Positions 37,961-51,597 of a stretch of DNA of 64,000 nucleotides are shown one piece after another. Position numbers and translations under genes: made by a program. The DNA comes from Vicugna vicugna (lineage: Eukaryota). The DNA lies in contig MU058687.1 of the NCBI GenBank assembly GCA_013265495.1, forward strand, positions 3,474,001 to 3,538,000, given 5' to 3'. Within the stretch, counting starts at the first letter, position 1. The number at the start of each line of letters is the position of its first letter. The notes under the pieces were generated by a model that ran no database searches, was not told the DNA's origin, and saw only the letters and a program-made list of their open reading frames with translations.

Positions 37961-39209
37961 TGTATTAAGGTTTTAAAGCAGGAGTGGCAAAACCAGATTT
38001 GGATGAGAAGGATTCCCTTGGTGACCATATGAAGAATGACTTAATGAAGTGACCTTGGAGGTAGTGAGACCATTTGAAAGCAACTGCAGTGGTCTAGGTG
38101 AAAGATGCAGGTTTTTGACTAAGAGGGTGGACAGGAAGGTCCACATAGGAGAGATACTGAACAGGAAATGAGCATCTACTGGATGTGGAGATAAAGGAGG
38201 AAAATGCAGTCCATCAGCTAGCCTGTTGTCTTCGTCCTTCTAGATACATCATACCTTAGGAGAGCCCGTCCATTCCCAGGGCTTTAATTCCCTAATATGC
38301 AGTTATATCTCTGTCCTTACACTTTCATTGTGAACCTCACATTCCTGTGTTCAATTGCCTGCTGAACATTTCCACTGGAATCTTATACTTCCATGGCCCA
38401 AACTGCACTCCTGATTGTCCCCACCAGCCTGCTTCCCCCCAAGTTTTCCCCATCCTAGTAATGGCACTCCTGTTGTTCAGACAAAAACCCTGAGTCTCTT
38501 TGTTTCTTACACATTCTCATCAAGTTCTGCCAGCTTACCTTCAAAACCTATCTGAAACTGAACAAGTCTCAGCAACTTTGGCCTAAGACAAATTATAGTG
38601 ATCTTTCAGCTCACCCTAAGTCTCACTCTGCCACTCTTGCAGTGGTCCCAGCTGACCCCCAGACACATGAGTGAGTTGCGCTAAGATCAGTGGAGCCACC
38701 TAGCCAGCCGTCCCAGATAAACGAGCATCGGTGTTTCATAGTTACTTGTTGTGCAGCATTGTAGCAACAGATAACTGGGAAGTTCTAAATCTGTATCTAC
38801 CACATGGATCTTTCCTCTTAATTTCAGGCTTGCATATCAATCTGCTTATCAGACAACTGCACTGGATATAATAATAGTCAATTCCAACAAAACATGACCA
38901 AAGCCTTTGACAGAACTGCTCTTTTCCTAATTGTTCCCATCTCACGTTGGTGCCATCATTCACCTAGCAGCTCTGACCAAAAAAGTATGAATCATTCTTT
39001 ATTGCTTAATTTTCTTTCTCTCTCTCATCCAAATTATCAGGTTATATCTATATTACCTTCAAAACGTATCTAAATCCGTCCACTCTTACCTGTTCCCACT
39101 ATCTTCCACTTTAGTCCACACACGAGAAAACTCTCTTCTGTATCATTGTCATCACCTCCTACCTGGTTTCCCATAATCAAATCTCAAAATGGCAGGCAGA
39201 AAAAATTTT

Positions 39210-41060
39210 AAAGGTATTGCATATGTATGACACCAAAAGTAGAGACAACAAAAGAAAAAAAACCAGATGAACTGAACTACATTGAGATTAAAAACTTTTG
39301 TGCATCAGCAGCCATTATGGAAAACAGTATGGAGATTCCTCAAAAAACTAAAAATAAGCTTACCATATGATCCAGCAATCCCATTCCTGGGCTTATATCC
39401 AGAGGGAACTCTATTTCAAGAAGATACATGCACCCCAATATTCATAGCAGCGCTATATACAATAGCCAAGACATGGAAACAACTTAAATGTCCATTGACA
39501 GATGACTGGATAAAGAAGTTGTGGTATATTTATACAATGAAATACTACTCAGTGATAAAAAAAGAATAAAATAATGCCATTTTCAGCAACATGGATGGAC
39601 CTGGATATCATCATTCTAAGTGAAGTAAGCCAGAAATAGAAAGAAAAATACCGTATGATATCACTCATATGTGGAATCTAAAACAAAAGAGAAAAAAAAT
39701 AAAGAAAAAAGAGGACACTAATGAACTCATCTACAAATTAGAAACAGACAGACAGTAAATAGTTTTTTGGTTACTAGGGGAAAGGTGATGGAAAGGGGTA
39801 AATCTGGGAGTTTGAGATTTGCAAATGTTAACCACTATATACAAAAATAGATTAAAAAAAACACATGTCTTCTGTGTAACACAGGAAACTGTATTTAATA
39901 TCTTGTAATAACCTTTAATGAAAAATAATATGAAAACAAATGTATATATATATATGCATGACTGGGATGTTATGCTGTACACCAGAGATTGACACGTTGT
40001 AACTGACTGTACTTCAATTAAAAAAAGTCTTCATTCATTAAAAAAAACAAAGGGCACTATCAACAGAGTGAAAAGGCAGCCCACAGAATGGGAGGAAATA
40101 TTAGCAAATCATATATCTGATAAGAGATTAATATCTAGAATATATAAAGAATTCATAAAATTCAACAACAAAACCCCAAATAGCTGGATTAAAAAATGGG
40201 CAAAGAACTTGCATAGATACTTCTCCAAAGAAGACATACAAATGGCCAATAAGCGTATGAAATGATGCTCAGCATTACTAATCACTAGTGAAATGTAAAT
40301 CTAAAGAATCAGATAGCACTTCATACCCATTAGGATGCCTGCTATTAAAAAAAAACAGGAAATAACAGGTGTTGGCAAAGATGTAGAAAAATTAGAACCC
40401 TTGTGCACTGTTGGTGGGAATGTGAGACGGGTGTTAACTGCTGTGGAAAAAACAGTATGGTGATTTCTTGAAAAATTAAAAGTCTGATTACCATATGATT
40501 TAGCAATTTCACTTTTGGGCGTATACCCAAAGGAATTGAAAACAGGGACACAAACAGATATTTATACACCTGTGTTCATCACTGCATTTTTCACAATAGC
40601 CGAAAGATGTAAGCAACCCAAGTGTCCATCAGTGGATGAATGGATAAACAAAATGAGACATATCCATACAATTGAATATATTTCATCCTTAAAAAGGAAA
40701 GAAATTCTGACACATGCTACAACATGGATGAACCTTGAAGACATTGTGCTTAGTGACTTAAGCCAGTCACAAAAGGACAAATACCGTATGATTCCACTTA
40801 TGTGCGGAACCTAGAGTAGTTAAATTTATAGAGATAGAAAGCAGAATGTTGGTTGCCAGGCGCTGGGAGAGGGGGAAACAGGGAGTTAGTGTTCAGTAGA
40901 TATATAGAGTATCAGTTTTAGAAGATGAATAAAGTTCTGGAGGTGGATGATGGTAATGGTTGCACAACAGTGAAAATGTTCTTAATGCTACTGAACTGTA
41001 TACTTAAAAAAGGTTAAAATGGTATATTTTATGTTATGTATAGTCAGGCTCAACTTTTAA
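39210..41060 (+). mobile_element. L1MB-like element (ORF2 end plus 3' UTR) split by a young L1
   Basis: ORF2 remnants KRQPTEWE and QPKCPSVDEWINKM; probable TSD aaaatggca at 39186-39194 and 41060-41068. Confidence 0.85.
39307..40026 (+). mobile_element. Young 5'-truncated L1 nested in the L1MB
   Basis: [17 protein letters not shown]2 end, 3' UTR and tail cttcaattaaaaaa; host reads ...gtgcatca and resumes aagggcactatcaacagag. Confidence 0.9.
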
Positions 41061-41544
41061 AAATGGCATGGAAAAAATTCCTCAGACATTTAAAATACAT
41101 TTTAATATCTTCTGAACAAATCAGCAATGTAACAACAACAACAACGAAAATAAACAAATTTAGGCTTAATAAAATAAATGATTGGCCTTTTTTTGGTTTA
41201 CTGTAAGGAAGTATACCTATTTTCAGACTATTACTCTGTATTTAGACTCTATTCTATATTCAAGATACATTATAGCTCTTCAGCTCCCACTTTACATCTA
41301 AATTATTTTTCTTTCATATGAAGACTGACAACAGAATGTACTTCGTGCCTAATTAGTTATCTCATTTTGTATATTTTGAGCACAATCAAACTTAGACTAA
41401 ACTTTTAAAATTATTTAATATTTGACATGTACAATAGAATATGTATATTGTACATAGAACATATATATATCTATAATATATGAATATATGTGTTGTGAAT
41501 ATATATGTAAGTTATATAAAAATATATATTATGTTTTAAAATAT

Positions 41545-42065
41545 AAATCTCAGGTCATTTCACTCCCTGATCAAAAAACCTTCAAAACTTCCTGTCTTCA
41601 CCCTTCCCATGGCTTTCAGGTGCTGTAGGACCCTGCGTGGTCCATCTTTCCAACCTCATCTTTTACTACCTTTCTCTTCGCTCATTTTTGCTCTGGTGTC
41701 CTTGGCCTTCTTGTTCGACCTCAAATTCCCAAGTTTGGTCCTGCGTCAGGGCCTTTGTATTTGACAATACTTTCTTTCCAGATATCTGCCTGTCTTGTAC
41801 CCTCACTTCAGTGTGATCCAGGTTCAAATGTCAGCTCCTCAGAAAAGCCTCTCCTGACCACTGTATCTAGAACAGAGCTCTCCACTTCATCACTCTTCAC
41901 TCATGACCTCCTGTCCTGCTGAACTTTTTCATTAGTACTCATTACTGTATAAGGTTATGTCATGTACTTATCCTTCATCTATTCCTGTCTTTCATCTGTT
42001 TGTTCATTGTGGTAGCCCCAGCTCCTGACACACCGATGATGCTCAGTGAACTCTACAAATGTTCA
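41545..42065 (+). mobile_element. L2 fragment
   Basis: cagggcctttgtatttg...ttcaaatgtcagctcctcagaaaagcctctcctgaccac. Confidence 0.65.
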
Positions 42066-44945
42066 CTGAGTCTCTACTATATGCCGGACTCTGTGGATTT
42101 AGTTCTGGCGTCTGTGTGGAAGATTATACTATTGAGTGACAGAATGTGTTAGGAAGGATTGCGGTCAGTTAGGTTACCTCGAGACTATCAGATACTGATG
42201 GAGAAAGGCAGCTGTAGCCCTGGTATGGAATTCAGGACCTCCAAGAGATTGGCAGGAGCGCATGGTAAAACATACAGAATTCTACCTTGGGACTCACTAC
42301 CAGTCCATCCAATCTGAGATTCTGTCTCTGATGGGGACAAAGGGGACACTGAGGGAAGAATAGCCATGGTGGTCCATAATATTAACAGTAAGTTCCATCC
42401 TAGACAGAGCCTTAAGTGATATGGCTTCTGGAACTATTAGGATATGCCTGCCCCCTAGGACCACAGGCTTCTCCAGTCCCCTGATGTTGGAAATTTCCTT
42501 AAAGGGAAGTTATTTACTTAGGCATCAGAGAGAAGCTGAAGAAGCAAGCGCTCCCATGAGGAGGCCCCTCCACTTCAAGCCCCTCTTCAGAGATGTATAG
42601 ATGACTCATATTGGAACTTTCCAGAAGCCAGTTTTGGGGGGTGGGTAGAGAGGGAATCTGGGGCAAAGAGCAAGGGAAGTAGGAAGAGAGAATTTCACAC
42701 TCAGAATATTCTAACTTCTCACTTATAAGTCATTGTCCACAAATTTCCTAGACAAAAACTGCTCTTACATTTGTATAGTACTTCATAGTTTATAAAATAT
42801 TGCATTGGTAAGTCAGGTGCTCCTAAATTAGAATTCCACCTACCACTTATGTAACCTGTGGGACCTTTGGAAAATTTACAGAACCTCTACAAATGTCCTC
42901 ATTTATAAACTGCAGGTAACTATATATTTCTCATGGGATTAAATGAGACAAGGTTAAAGGACTTAGCCCACTGCAGCAAAGGCATATACACATTTGATAA
43001 ACATTAGTTTCCTTCCTTATTATTATTTTTTTTACTTCATCTCATTTGGGTCATATACCATCCCTGGGAGGTAGGTGTGGCAGGAATTATCATCCCATTT
43101 TACAAATGGAAAACTGAGACTAGAGAGATTTAGTCTGACTTTCCTAAAGCAAAAAAGCTTTCCAATAGGAAAGCCAGGATTTGAATTCAGCTCTTTAGTC
43201 CCCATATTGTCTCCATGTTGCCACTAGCTCCTTTCTGGTCATGCTGTATTGATGGTGTCACATGGTGCTGACACTGGGGAAACCAGAGTCTACACATTTA
43301 CCCCCTGGTCTGTACCATGGGCCAGGAGGATGCTGCTGTCTTTGCTTGTGTTAGAATATACTTTGAAAGCATGTAGAAGCAGAAGGTCTGAAAGCCAGAA
43401 GAGATTTAACGTGATATCAAGGATATTCTGATCAAATTACATAATCCCTAATTACATCTTGTCTTTCAGACATAACCTTTGTTGCTCTATTTTAAGCACC
43501 TCAGAATGTCTTTTATTTCACTCTTTTCCTCCATGGTTGAACACAGACTCGGCTGGCTGGAGGACGCTGGGTGGCCAGTGATTCACCATTGCCTCCACGG
43601 CCCTAAGTTTATGAGAATTTACCTTCTGAGTAGTATCAATACCTTCTCTTTCCCAGGTATTAAAAAAATGGCCAGTTCAAGACACTATTTAGATAGTTGC
43701 CCAGTTAAACATGGCTGTACAGCAAGGGTAGTGAGCTTGCTGACTCTAATTGTTGAGTGGAGGCAGCATCCTTATGCCATGGCTCAGTGGACTCTGCTAA
43801 CTCCCGAAGCCTAGAAGGAGCCATGGGTGACTGTGGTGTAGGGCACTGAGGTCTGTGCTAACGTTGTCCTTCAGGTGTGATGTGGTTGTCACCTACCTCT
43901 ACTGGGCTTAAATTCATGTGTGGCCAGGAGGTGGCGCCCTTTCCCTGCCCAGTAGGTAGTAGATGGTCATTACTGTGGGGAGGGAAAAAGAGGAGCAGCT
44001 AGAACTGCCATTTCGGAGGCTCTGAGTGGCAGTGGCCCTTGTTCCCCTCTTCTAAGCAGACAACAGTTCCCTTGATGCAGGGTGCCACATGGAGCTTCTC
44101 TTCTGCAGCTGCCAGAGCCACTTCTCTGCCCAGGATACGGCCTGCTTCTCTCTTCCCTTTAGAGGTGCCACTACCACCTCATTTCTTTGGGGTTCCCTCC
44201 CCTAAGAATGAGTGGTGGCTCCAGGAGAATGATCAGAACAGAATGAGGGTAGGAGGGAAATGGGAACGAGGACAGGGTGGCTGACAGGCTGCTTTTTGCA
44301 GTGGTTGCTTCTCTCTCTCCCTATGATGAGCAGCCCTTCTGCTCTTTCCTGGAGTAACAAACTTGTCCTGCATTTCTGCACACAGCACCCAACCCTGAGT
44401 CAGGCTTGTCACCTGCGCTGCTCTTTGCCCTAAGCTCTTTCCTTTGTTTTAGATGGTTTGTGAGGAGTCTGAGGTCTAAACTGGGAAGGAAGAATAAAGA
44501 GATTGAGGAAATAAAAACCACAGAGGAAAACAGGAGGAAAGAGATGGCCAGACATCCTAGAGGGAAACAGAGAGAGAGAGAATGAGGGACAGTGACATAT
44601 ATACAAGGGTGGGGGCATTGGTTTGCATCCCAGCTTACCTACTGTAAGCTCTGTGAAGTTGGGAAAGTCACTGACTGTGCTGGGGCTCAGTCTTCCCATG
44701 TGAAAATGGGAATAACTGTACTTCATCTGCACCACTGTGATGAGGATAGCATGAATGCATGTAAGAGGTCCATTTGTAAAGGATAAAACTCTAGTTAAAA
44801 AGGATGATACTTGATGTCAACCAGGCCTTAAGAGAGAGGATGTGGTTCTGGCCCATGCTGAATCAGGGGTGGGCCATAGGGTGCTCTCAAGAGCCCAGGG
44901 AGGAAACCCTAGCCCCTTGCACCCAAATTTTATTTTCTCAGAAGA

Positions 44946-45149
44946 CTTCCAGCTTTTGGGCAGAGAAGCCTCCTTGCATAGGGTGGCTTTGGGGTGCTTC
45001 CAGCTTTTGGGCAGAGAAGCCTCCTTGCACAGGGTGGCTTTGGGGTGCTTCCAGCTTTTGGGCAGAGAAGCCTCCTTGCACAGGGTGGCTTTGGGGTGCT
45101 TCCAGCTTTTGGGCAGAGAAGCCTCCTTGCACAGGGTGGCTTTGGGGTG
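44946..45149. repeat. Minisatellite, 4.0 x 51 bp
   Basis: Unit cttccagcttttgggcagagaagcctccttgcacagggtggctttggggtg starts at 44946, 44997, 45048 and 45099; one substitution, in copy 1. Confidence 0.98.
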
Positions 45150-45189
45150 TGGGTCGTGTGTAAGCCCTTCTAGATTACTCTCTCCCAGA

Positions 45190-45480
45190 GTTAATACTCA
45201 CAGCTTACACTTTATTGAGTTTACTGTGTGCCAGGTGCTTTTCTAAGTGCACTACGTGGATTAACATTTAATCCTCATAACTGCCTATGCAGTTACCTAT
45301 GCGTATGCCTATGTAGTAGGTTGCAACGCAGTAGGTATTACAACTAGCCTCATTTTACAGATGGGGAAACTGAAGCACAGACAGGTTAAAGGAAATTGCC
45401 TGAAGTTACACAGGAAATTGCAGAGGGGATAAAAACCTGGGCCTTCTGATGCCAAGAGCATCATCCTAACCACTCTGCTA
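45190..45480 (-). mobile_element. MIR SINE
   Basis: cattttacagatggggaaactgaagcacagacaggttaa. Confidence 0.8.
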
Positions 45481-46379
45481 CACTGCCTCCCCAGTTAGGT
45501 CCCTGTCCCTCACTCTCATCTGGCAGCGAGCAGGAGATTGCTTCAGAGGAGAATTTGACTGGCACATGCATGTCATTCTTGGGGCATGTTCTAGGGGCCA
45601 GTTCCTGCACTCAGGGTATTGGGGGGATGTCTCAGCTTGCGATAAATACCTCTCTATCGGGCCAGACATGCTGTAATTCTCTTTTCTTGTAGTGAGGTGG
45701 CAATTTCAGCACTTCAAGAGACAGATGGGGAAAAGGACTTCACATGCCCTTTGTTCCCGATCAAACGTAGCACCCAGACAGTGTCTAGACACTGCCAGCC
45801 ACCCTGCTTCCAGCCTTGTTTCTGGAGTTGTCTGAAAGGTCCTGGACTCCAGAGCTGGGCCTAGTTATGCAGTGGCTGGGAGCAGACAGCAGGGTTTGCA
45901 GTGAAGTTGTTCCCACCAAGTGAAGGGTCCTCCATGGTTTTAATTTTTCTTCAGGGCAGAAATTTTAAGTCCAGAGTGAAATCCAATGCCCGTTTCATTT
46001 TGCCTTGTTTTATATCAGAAAGTGATATGAAAGTGACCAGGTGAGCAAGATTACAAACAAAGAGGCATCAATTACAGGCTTTGCAGATATTCCCATCTTG
46101 CTGCCATGCAGATGCACTTGAAGTCCAGTTCCTGAAAACAAGGCTCAGGTCTATTGGTCTCATTTTTCCCCCAGAGAAGGAAACATCTCCACATGGGTTC
46201 CTGGGCTGGAGATCTAAAGCTTCTTTTAGGGTATTTTCCTGGAAGTTTCTTCTAACACACTCACTGCCCTGGTCTTCTTATTTCACTGAGTAGTTTTTAA
46301 AAGAAGGTGCTGGGGTGCCCTATTGCCTTTGTACTGTCATGTTTGAGAACATCTGACTGTGACCTTACGTTTGTACAAC

Positions 46380-47650
46380 AATCTGTTGTAATTTGCAGTT
46401 ATGTCAAATTTGCTTACCCTTAGACCTTTGTAGACAACCGCCTAATCGTCTTCTGGTATTGAATGTTGCTGTGAGAAGTCTGGAACCAGTCTGATGTTTT
46501 CCTTCTTGCTTATTCTGTTTATTCTTTCTTTATCTCTGAGGTCCAATGACTTAACTAGGATGTACCTTCTTGATAACAATCATGACTTATTTATTTTGGT
46601 TATCATTTTCTTAGATGTTCAATAACTTAAGTAGGCTATATCTTGATGTCTATTATTCTGGAAATAATTATTCTTTTTCTATATGATGTGTTATTTTGAA
46701 TTGCTGATTCTTCCTTCATTTCAATGAAATTCTTCTGTATTATATTTCAGAATATTTCTTGATTTCTATTTTTAAAACTTAAGGACACCAATCATTCTTA
46801 CATTTGACAGTCTTTGTCCTCTGCATCTGTAATTCCCTATCTTATTGCTTTAATCTCCATTTTATTTTCCACTCATTCACTGTGAATATATCAGGCCTTC
46901 CCCCAAATCTATTAGTTCTATTTTTCAGCTGAGTCTGTTTCATTCCATTCAGCTATTTCTAATTTATTTTTTAGATTTGTAATAAGTTTATTTTGGTTCA
47001 CAACTTATTTCCTTAGCTCTGTGAAATTCCTTGTATTTTCATTTTATTGCTCTGTCATCTCCTGTTCATTGACTCTATATTTTTCTAAGTTCTTCTATAG
47101 GATAAAACTTTTATGGGGATCTAGTTCTGTTCCTTGGTATACTTTTTTTCTTGACTGTTAGATTGGGTTTCTAATCTTTCTTTTTTCTGTTATCTCTCTC
47201 CTTAGAAAGATGGTAAGCTCCAGTGGCCCTCTGCCTCTGCAGAGGCTCCACTGTCGGATGGAGGGGCTTCTGTTCCCTGGAATTTTCCCATAGCTTTCCC
47301 TAGGTCTGTCTGCTTACTCTCTCAGGTCATGCCTCTTCAAACTGTAGAGTATTTGTGAGAATTCTCAGGAATCTTTGGACTCAGTTACTTTCCTACATTC
47401 TAGTCGTGTCAAAAATGATACAAACAGTCATTTTGATCATACCAGGACATTGTGTTTCTTTTCTTGGCTACCATTTTGGAATTCTGTGGTATAAGGTTCT
47501 ACTCTGTTTCTTCGTTGGTTGCTGCTCATGACTTTTTGCTGGTTTGTTTCACCTGTTTTGCTTTATTTCATTGTGTACTTGAAGAGACAGAGTCTATGTT
47601 CTTGCTCTACTCAGGTGATTCCACCCATAAGTCTGCATTGTTTTTATAAA
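46380..47650 (-). mobile_element. Very old L1M fragment
   Basis: tcttctggtattgaatgttgctgtgagaagtctg and T-rich antisense composition. Confidence 0.5.
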
Positions 47651-49151
47651 CAGAAAAAAAATGCTATAAGACTGTTAAAAAATAAAGCAAAGAGATCTCA
47701 GTTATCTCTAGTTTCTTGACCAACTGTTGAAGTATGCTTTTGAGTGTATCAATATCTGCCTGTATGGATAAATTTAGTAAGACCACTCTTCTTAGCTTGG
47801 CTGCTTCTCTGAACAGAGGTTGGGACAAAAATATGGAGAGCGAAGTTGTACTGCATTTTCTGTTGTTAACATGAGCTTCACCTTCCCAGACAGTTCTGAA
47901 CCTGACCCCACAGAGGACTTCTAACAGTATTCAGATTTGCTTATTTGATTTTGTTTTTCACTATATTGATTGTAACTAATGTTTCTCCTCTTTTGGTGGA
48001 GAAACTTTGGAGATTTTCTTTCAAAAGTTGCTTTCTGTTTTTGAATGTTACTTCCAGAGAGAAGGTTACATGCAACCATTGCTCGGGGGTTTCTCACACG
48101 AGAAACAGCGAAGTTTAGGTTGATTTGTCTTTCTATAACAACAAAACCCATATGATGGACCTAGGTAAAGTTTACACTTTTGAGACTGACTGCTGGTTAT
48201 GGCTCACTGTCACTGTCAAGGTCATTAAAAGGGCATTGATGGCAGCCTAAGGGACAACACCAAGTCGGTCACCACCTTGGATGATTTTTGGAATGTTCTG
48301 AACATCTGATTTTCAAGTTAATGTTTCAAACTTTTGGATTTTATCTATCTGTTCAAGTTTTGAATTTCAGTGCAAATTTCATAATGTTACATTTGGAAAA
48401 GACATGTACAAAATTCCAGAATTTTTGGAACTTTTTATTATTGAGAAATTTGCTCTAACAGTATGTGGGCGTTAGCTTTGGCTTACTCTGGTAAACAAAA
48501 ATAGTTGGCATGGCTCAATTCAGAGGGGAAATTGAAATGACTTGGAAGAGCTAGACTTTTTATGAGTGATCAGATGTGAACAACAACAAGGAAACACCAC
48601 TGGATCATAACGTGATAAACTCTTTATTGTGAATCTGAAGCACATCTCTATTTTTGCTTGAAGAAATGTAATTTCTATTTTTAGTCCTTATCCTTAACCT
48701 TAGTCCTTTTAGGATTCTCCTATTTCCAGGGCTATTTCAGGCCTTCAAGAATCTAGTCCACATGACCCCTTCAGATCGCATGCTTCTGGGCCAGGGTTTG
48801 TGTATGGGAATCCTTGTTTGGTCCGTTTGGCCTGGAAGAACCGTGTAGCCACAGCCTGCAGTCTGGCCACTTCCCCTGGGTCCTGGAAAGCTAGGCATGG
48901 GTGCCCTTTTTCCTAAAGCCTTACAGACACATCTCTAATCTTTGAATTGTTCTTCTTTTCCCAGCCCTAGAGGATCTCTTTATGGTCTATGGAAAATCCT
49001 GCTTCCTTCTTGTTTTGGTCAATGCCCTTTGTCTCTGCACAAAGATTTCCTTCCACTTCTCTCCTCCACAATGCTAAGTACACCAAAGGCTCACGCTCTG
49101 GGAAGAATTAGCCAGGAATGTCTGTGTGCTACTTCCTGCTCTGTTTGAATA

Positions 49152-49638
49152 GTCTGTCAGTTAGGGTTCTACCAGAGAAACAGAACCATAGGAATTCCTT
49201 CTTTCCTTTCCTCCTTCCTTCCTTCCTTCTTCCCTCCCTCCCTCCCTTCTTTCTTTCCTTCCTGCTGCATGCCTCCCTGCACGTACACACACACACACAA
49301 GGAATTGGCTTATTTGTTGTAGGCAAGCCCAAAATTTACAAATTTACAAATGCCGAGCAAGCCAGCAGGCTGGAAAACTCTTGGGCAGGAGCTGCTGCTG
49401 CAGTCTACGGGCTGAGTGTCTTCTCTCTCAGGGAAACTTCAGTTTTGCTCTCAAGGGCTTTCAACTGGTTGGATGAAACTCAGCTACATTATCAAGGATA
49501 ATCTTTACTTAAAGTCATCTGACTGTAGATGTTAACTACATCTACAGAACCCCTTGGACACAACACCTAGATTAGTGTTTGATTGGATAACTGGGAGCTG
49601 TGGCCTAGCCATGCTGACACATAAAACTAACCATCACA
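49152..49638 (-). mobile_element. MLT2D-like ERVL LTR with an internal CT/CA simple repeat
   Basis: agggttctaccagagaaacagaaccatagga...gacacataaaactaaccatcaca. Confidence 0.85.
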
Positions 49639-51597
49639 GATAGAGAGGGGGAAGTGGAAAGAAAAAGGGCAAAATATCAGAGGGGTTGGTTTGGCACATT
49701 ACTCTCTTCAGAATTTAATAGGTTAAAAACATGTTCCCAGTCCTCAGCTCTGGCATACATGACCAACAATGACCACAGTCACACTTCCATAACTCGGCAA
49801 GTGAGGTCCTTGAAAATGCTCCACCGTGAAACTGTCCATGTGAAGGCGCACCATGGGCACCTCTGCATATCAGATCCCCCTGCTGGAGATTCATAATGCA
49901 AATCACCATATTGAAAACCCTGAGAAATCCGATTGTAAAAATGCTTGTTCGTCTTTTTAAAAAAATCTGGCTTTTCGCAAACTCATTTGACCATGAAACC
50001 TTTTGTTTCTTTTTCCCATGTAACATCCATCAGCAGAGCATACTTAGGGAAAGGCTGGCTTAATCTCCTCTCCCTAAAGTAATAGCCTAGTCCACTAGGA
50101 TACTGCTGATGTTTACCTGATAACACAAAAAGAACAACTTTTTCAATCACTCACTGCACATAGGTATTTCCTGCTTTCCTGGTGTTCACGAAAAGTACAA
50201 GATTGGCTGACACAGGAAAGGGGAATTTTGCTGCATCTGTCTTGTGCATGTGACAAAACCTTTTAGGAGATAAACAGTTCAAAGCCCCTTTCACCAAATC
50301 TTTGAGCAAAATGGTCTCTAGGAGAGTACTGCTTTGCATATCATTTGACATAACGCAAGGTGCCCTTAGGGGCGCCAGAACTCTGTGGGAAAGCTTGCTC
50401 TTGCACTCTTGTGAGCTGGTGCTCCAGGCAGCAGGGACCAGTGATGCTAGTAATGTGCAATTGATCTCATTTAACAGCAAAGTCCTCAACTAATTCTTGA
50501 GTGTTGGGGCCTGGACCACAGCGTGTGTGTGTGTGCGGGCGCACACGGGAATAAAAAGCTAATAGTTAATAGACTTTTGGGGTAGGATTTGATTTAGTAA
50601 CAGAGGCCCCTCAAATAATAATGCCTTCAACAAGACTAGGGTTTATTTTTCATGATCTGCTAGGTAACTATAGCTGGAATGGGGTTCCAAAGTGCAAGGG
50701 AATTACATTCTGCCATTTCTAAGGCATCTCTGTCATCTTATTGTCTAAAATAGCTCAATACCACATCCTCATTCCAGCTAGGAAGAAGGTGGTTATGGTG
50801 CTAAGATGAGTATGTCCCCTCCTTTTAAGGATGCAACTCAGAAGTTTCATGTATCACCTACTGGTCATCCCACTGGTCACTAAGCCACATATACCTTCAA
50901 GGAGGAGGAGGCTGAGAAATGTAATCCTTATTCTAGGTGGCTATTAACCTAGCAAAAAATTGAGGGTCTTATTATTCTGGAGAGTGGATTTCTGGGGACA
51001 AATTACATTTGCCTCCACAGGGTTATACAAAATATGAAAATAAATTTATTAAGCTCTTGACTTTTTCTGAGCAAGGGTGTACCACATACCTTTTATTCCA
51101 AGGATTGGACTGAGGGATTTAGACTATCATTTATACCTATGAGTGGATAGGAACCATCCCAGGATACGAAATATTTGAGGCTGACATTCCTTTTTCTAAA
51201 GTCTCCCAAAGTACTTTTATTTTTTTAATAGCAACTTAACCTATTGCATTATAATTACTTCTGAGTGTGGCTGTGTCTGCCTCCCCAATTACACTGTGCT
51301 CCTATAGGGCGGAGACTCTGTTCTGTGTCTGACTCATGGTCGGTTCTTAGTAAACACTGTCTAAATCCACTGTAGGAAGTTGACAACCACTCCCATTCCC
51401 ACTTCTGCCTCCACACTTACCTGAACTCTGACCTTCTCTTGAGAATTAATTGGAAGTGCTGGGGGTGAATCCAAATAATAACTGAAGACTTGGATTCATG
51501 GCATCAACTCTGTTCTTGGGATCCCTGGTTGTGGTTGCTTGCTTAACTGGATCTAACTTCACATGGGGAGTATCTGCTCCAGCTTCTGCATACCATC

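Noticed and set aside
42810..43210. Inverted MIR pair as a dsRNA source
   Set aside because: The copies look too diverged to pair stably, and the arrangement is common
43255..43272. REST/RE1-like site
   Set aside because: Only the GGTGCTGA half matches; the CTGTCC half and the spacing do not
44946..45149. CRISPR-like array or repeat protein
   Set aside because: Head-to-tail units with no spacers, in a mammalian context; the ORFs follow from the 51-bp period
49523..49547. Hairpin ctgtagatgt-taact-acatctacag
   Set aside because: As I recall, largely intrinsic to the MLT2D consensus
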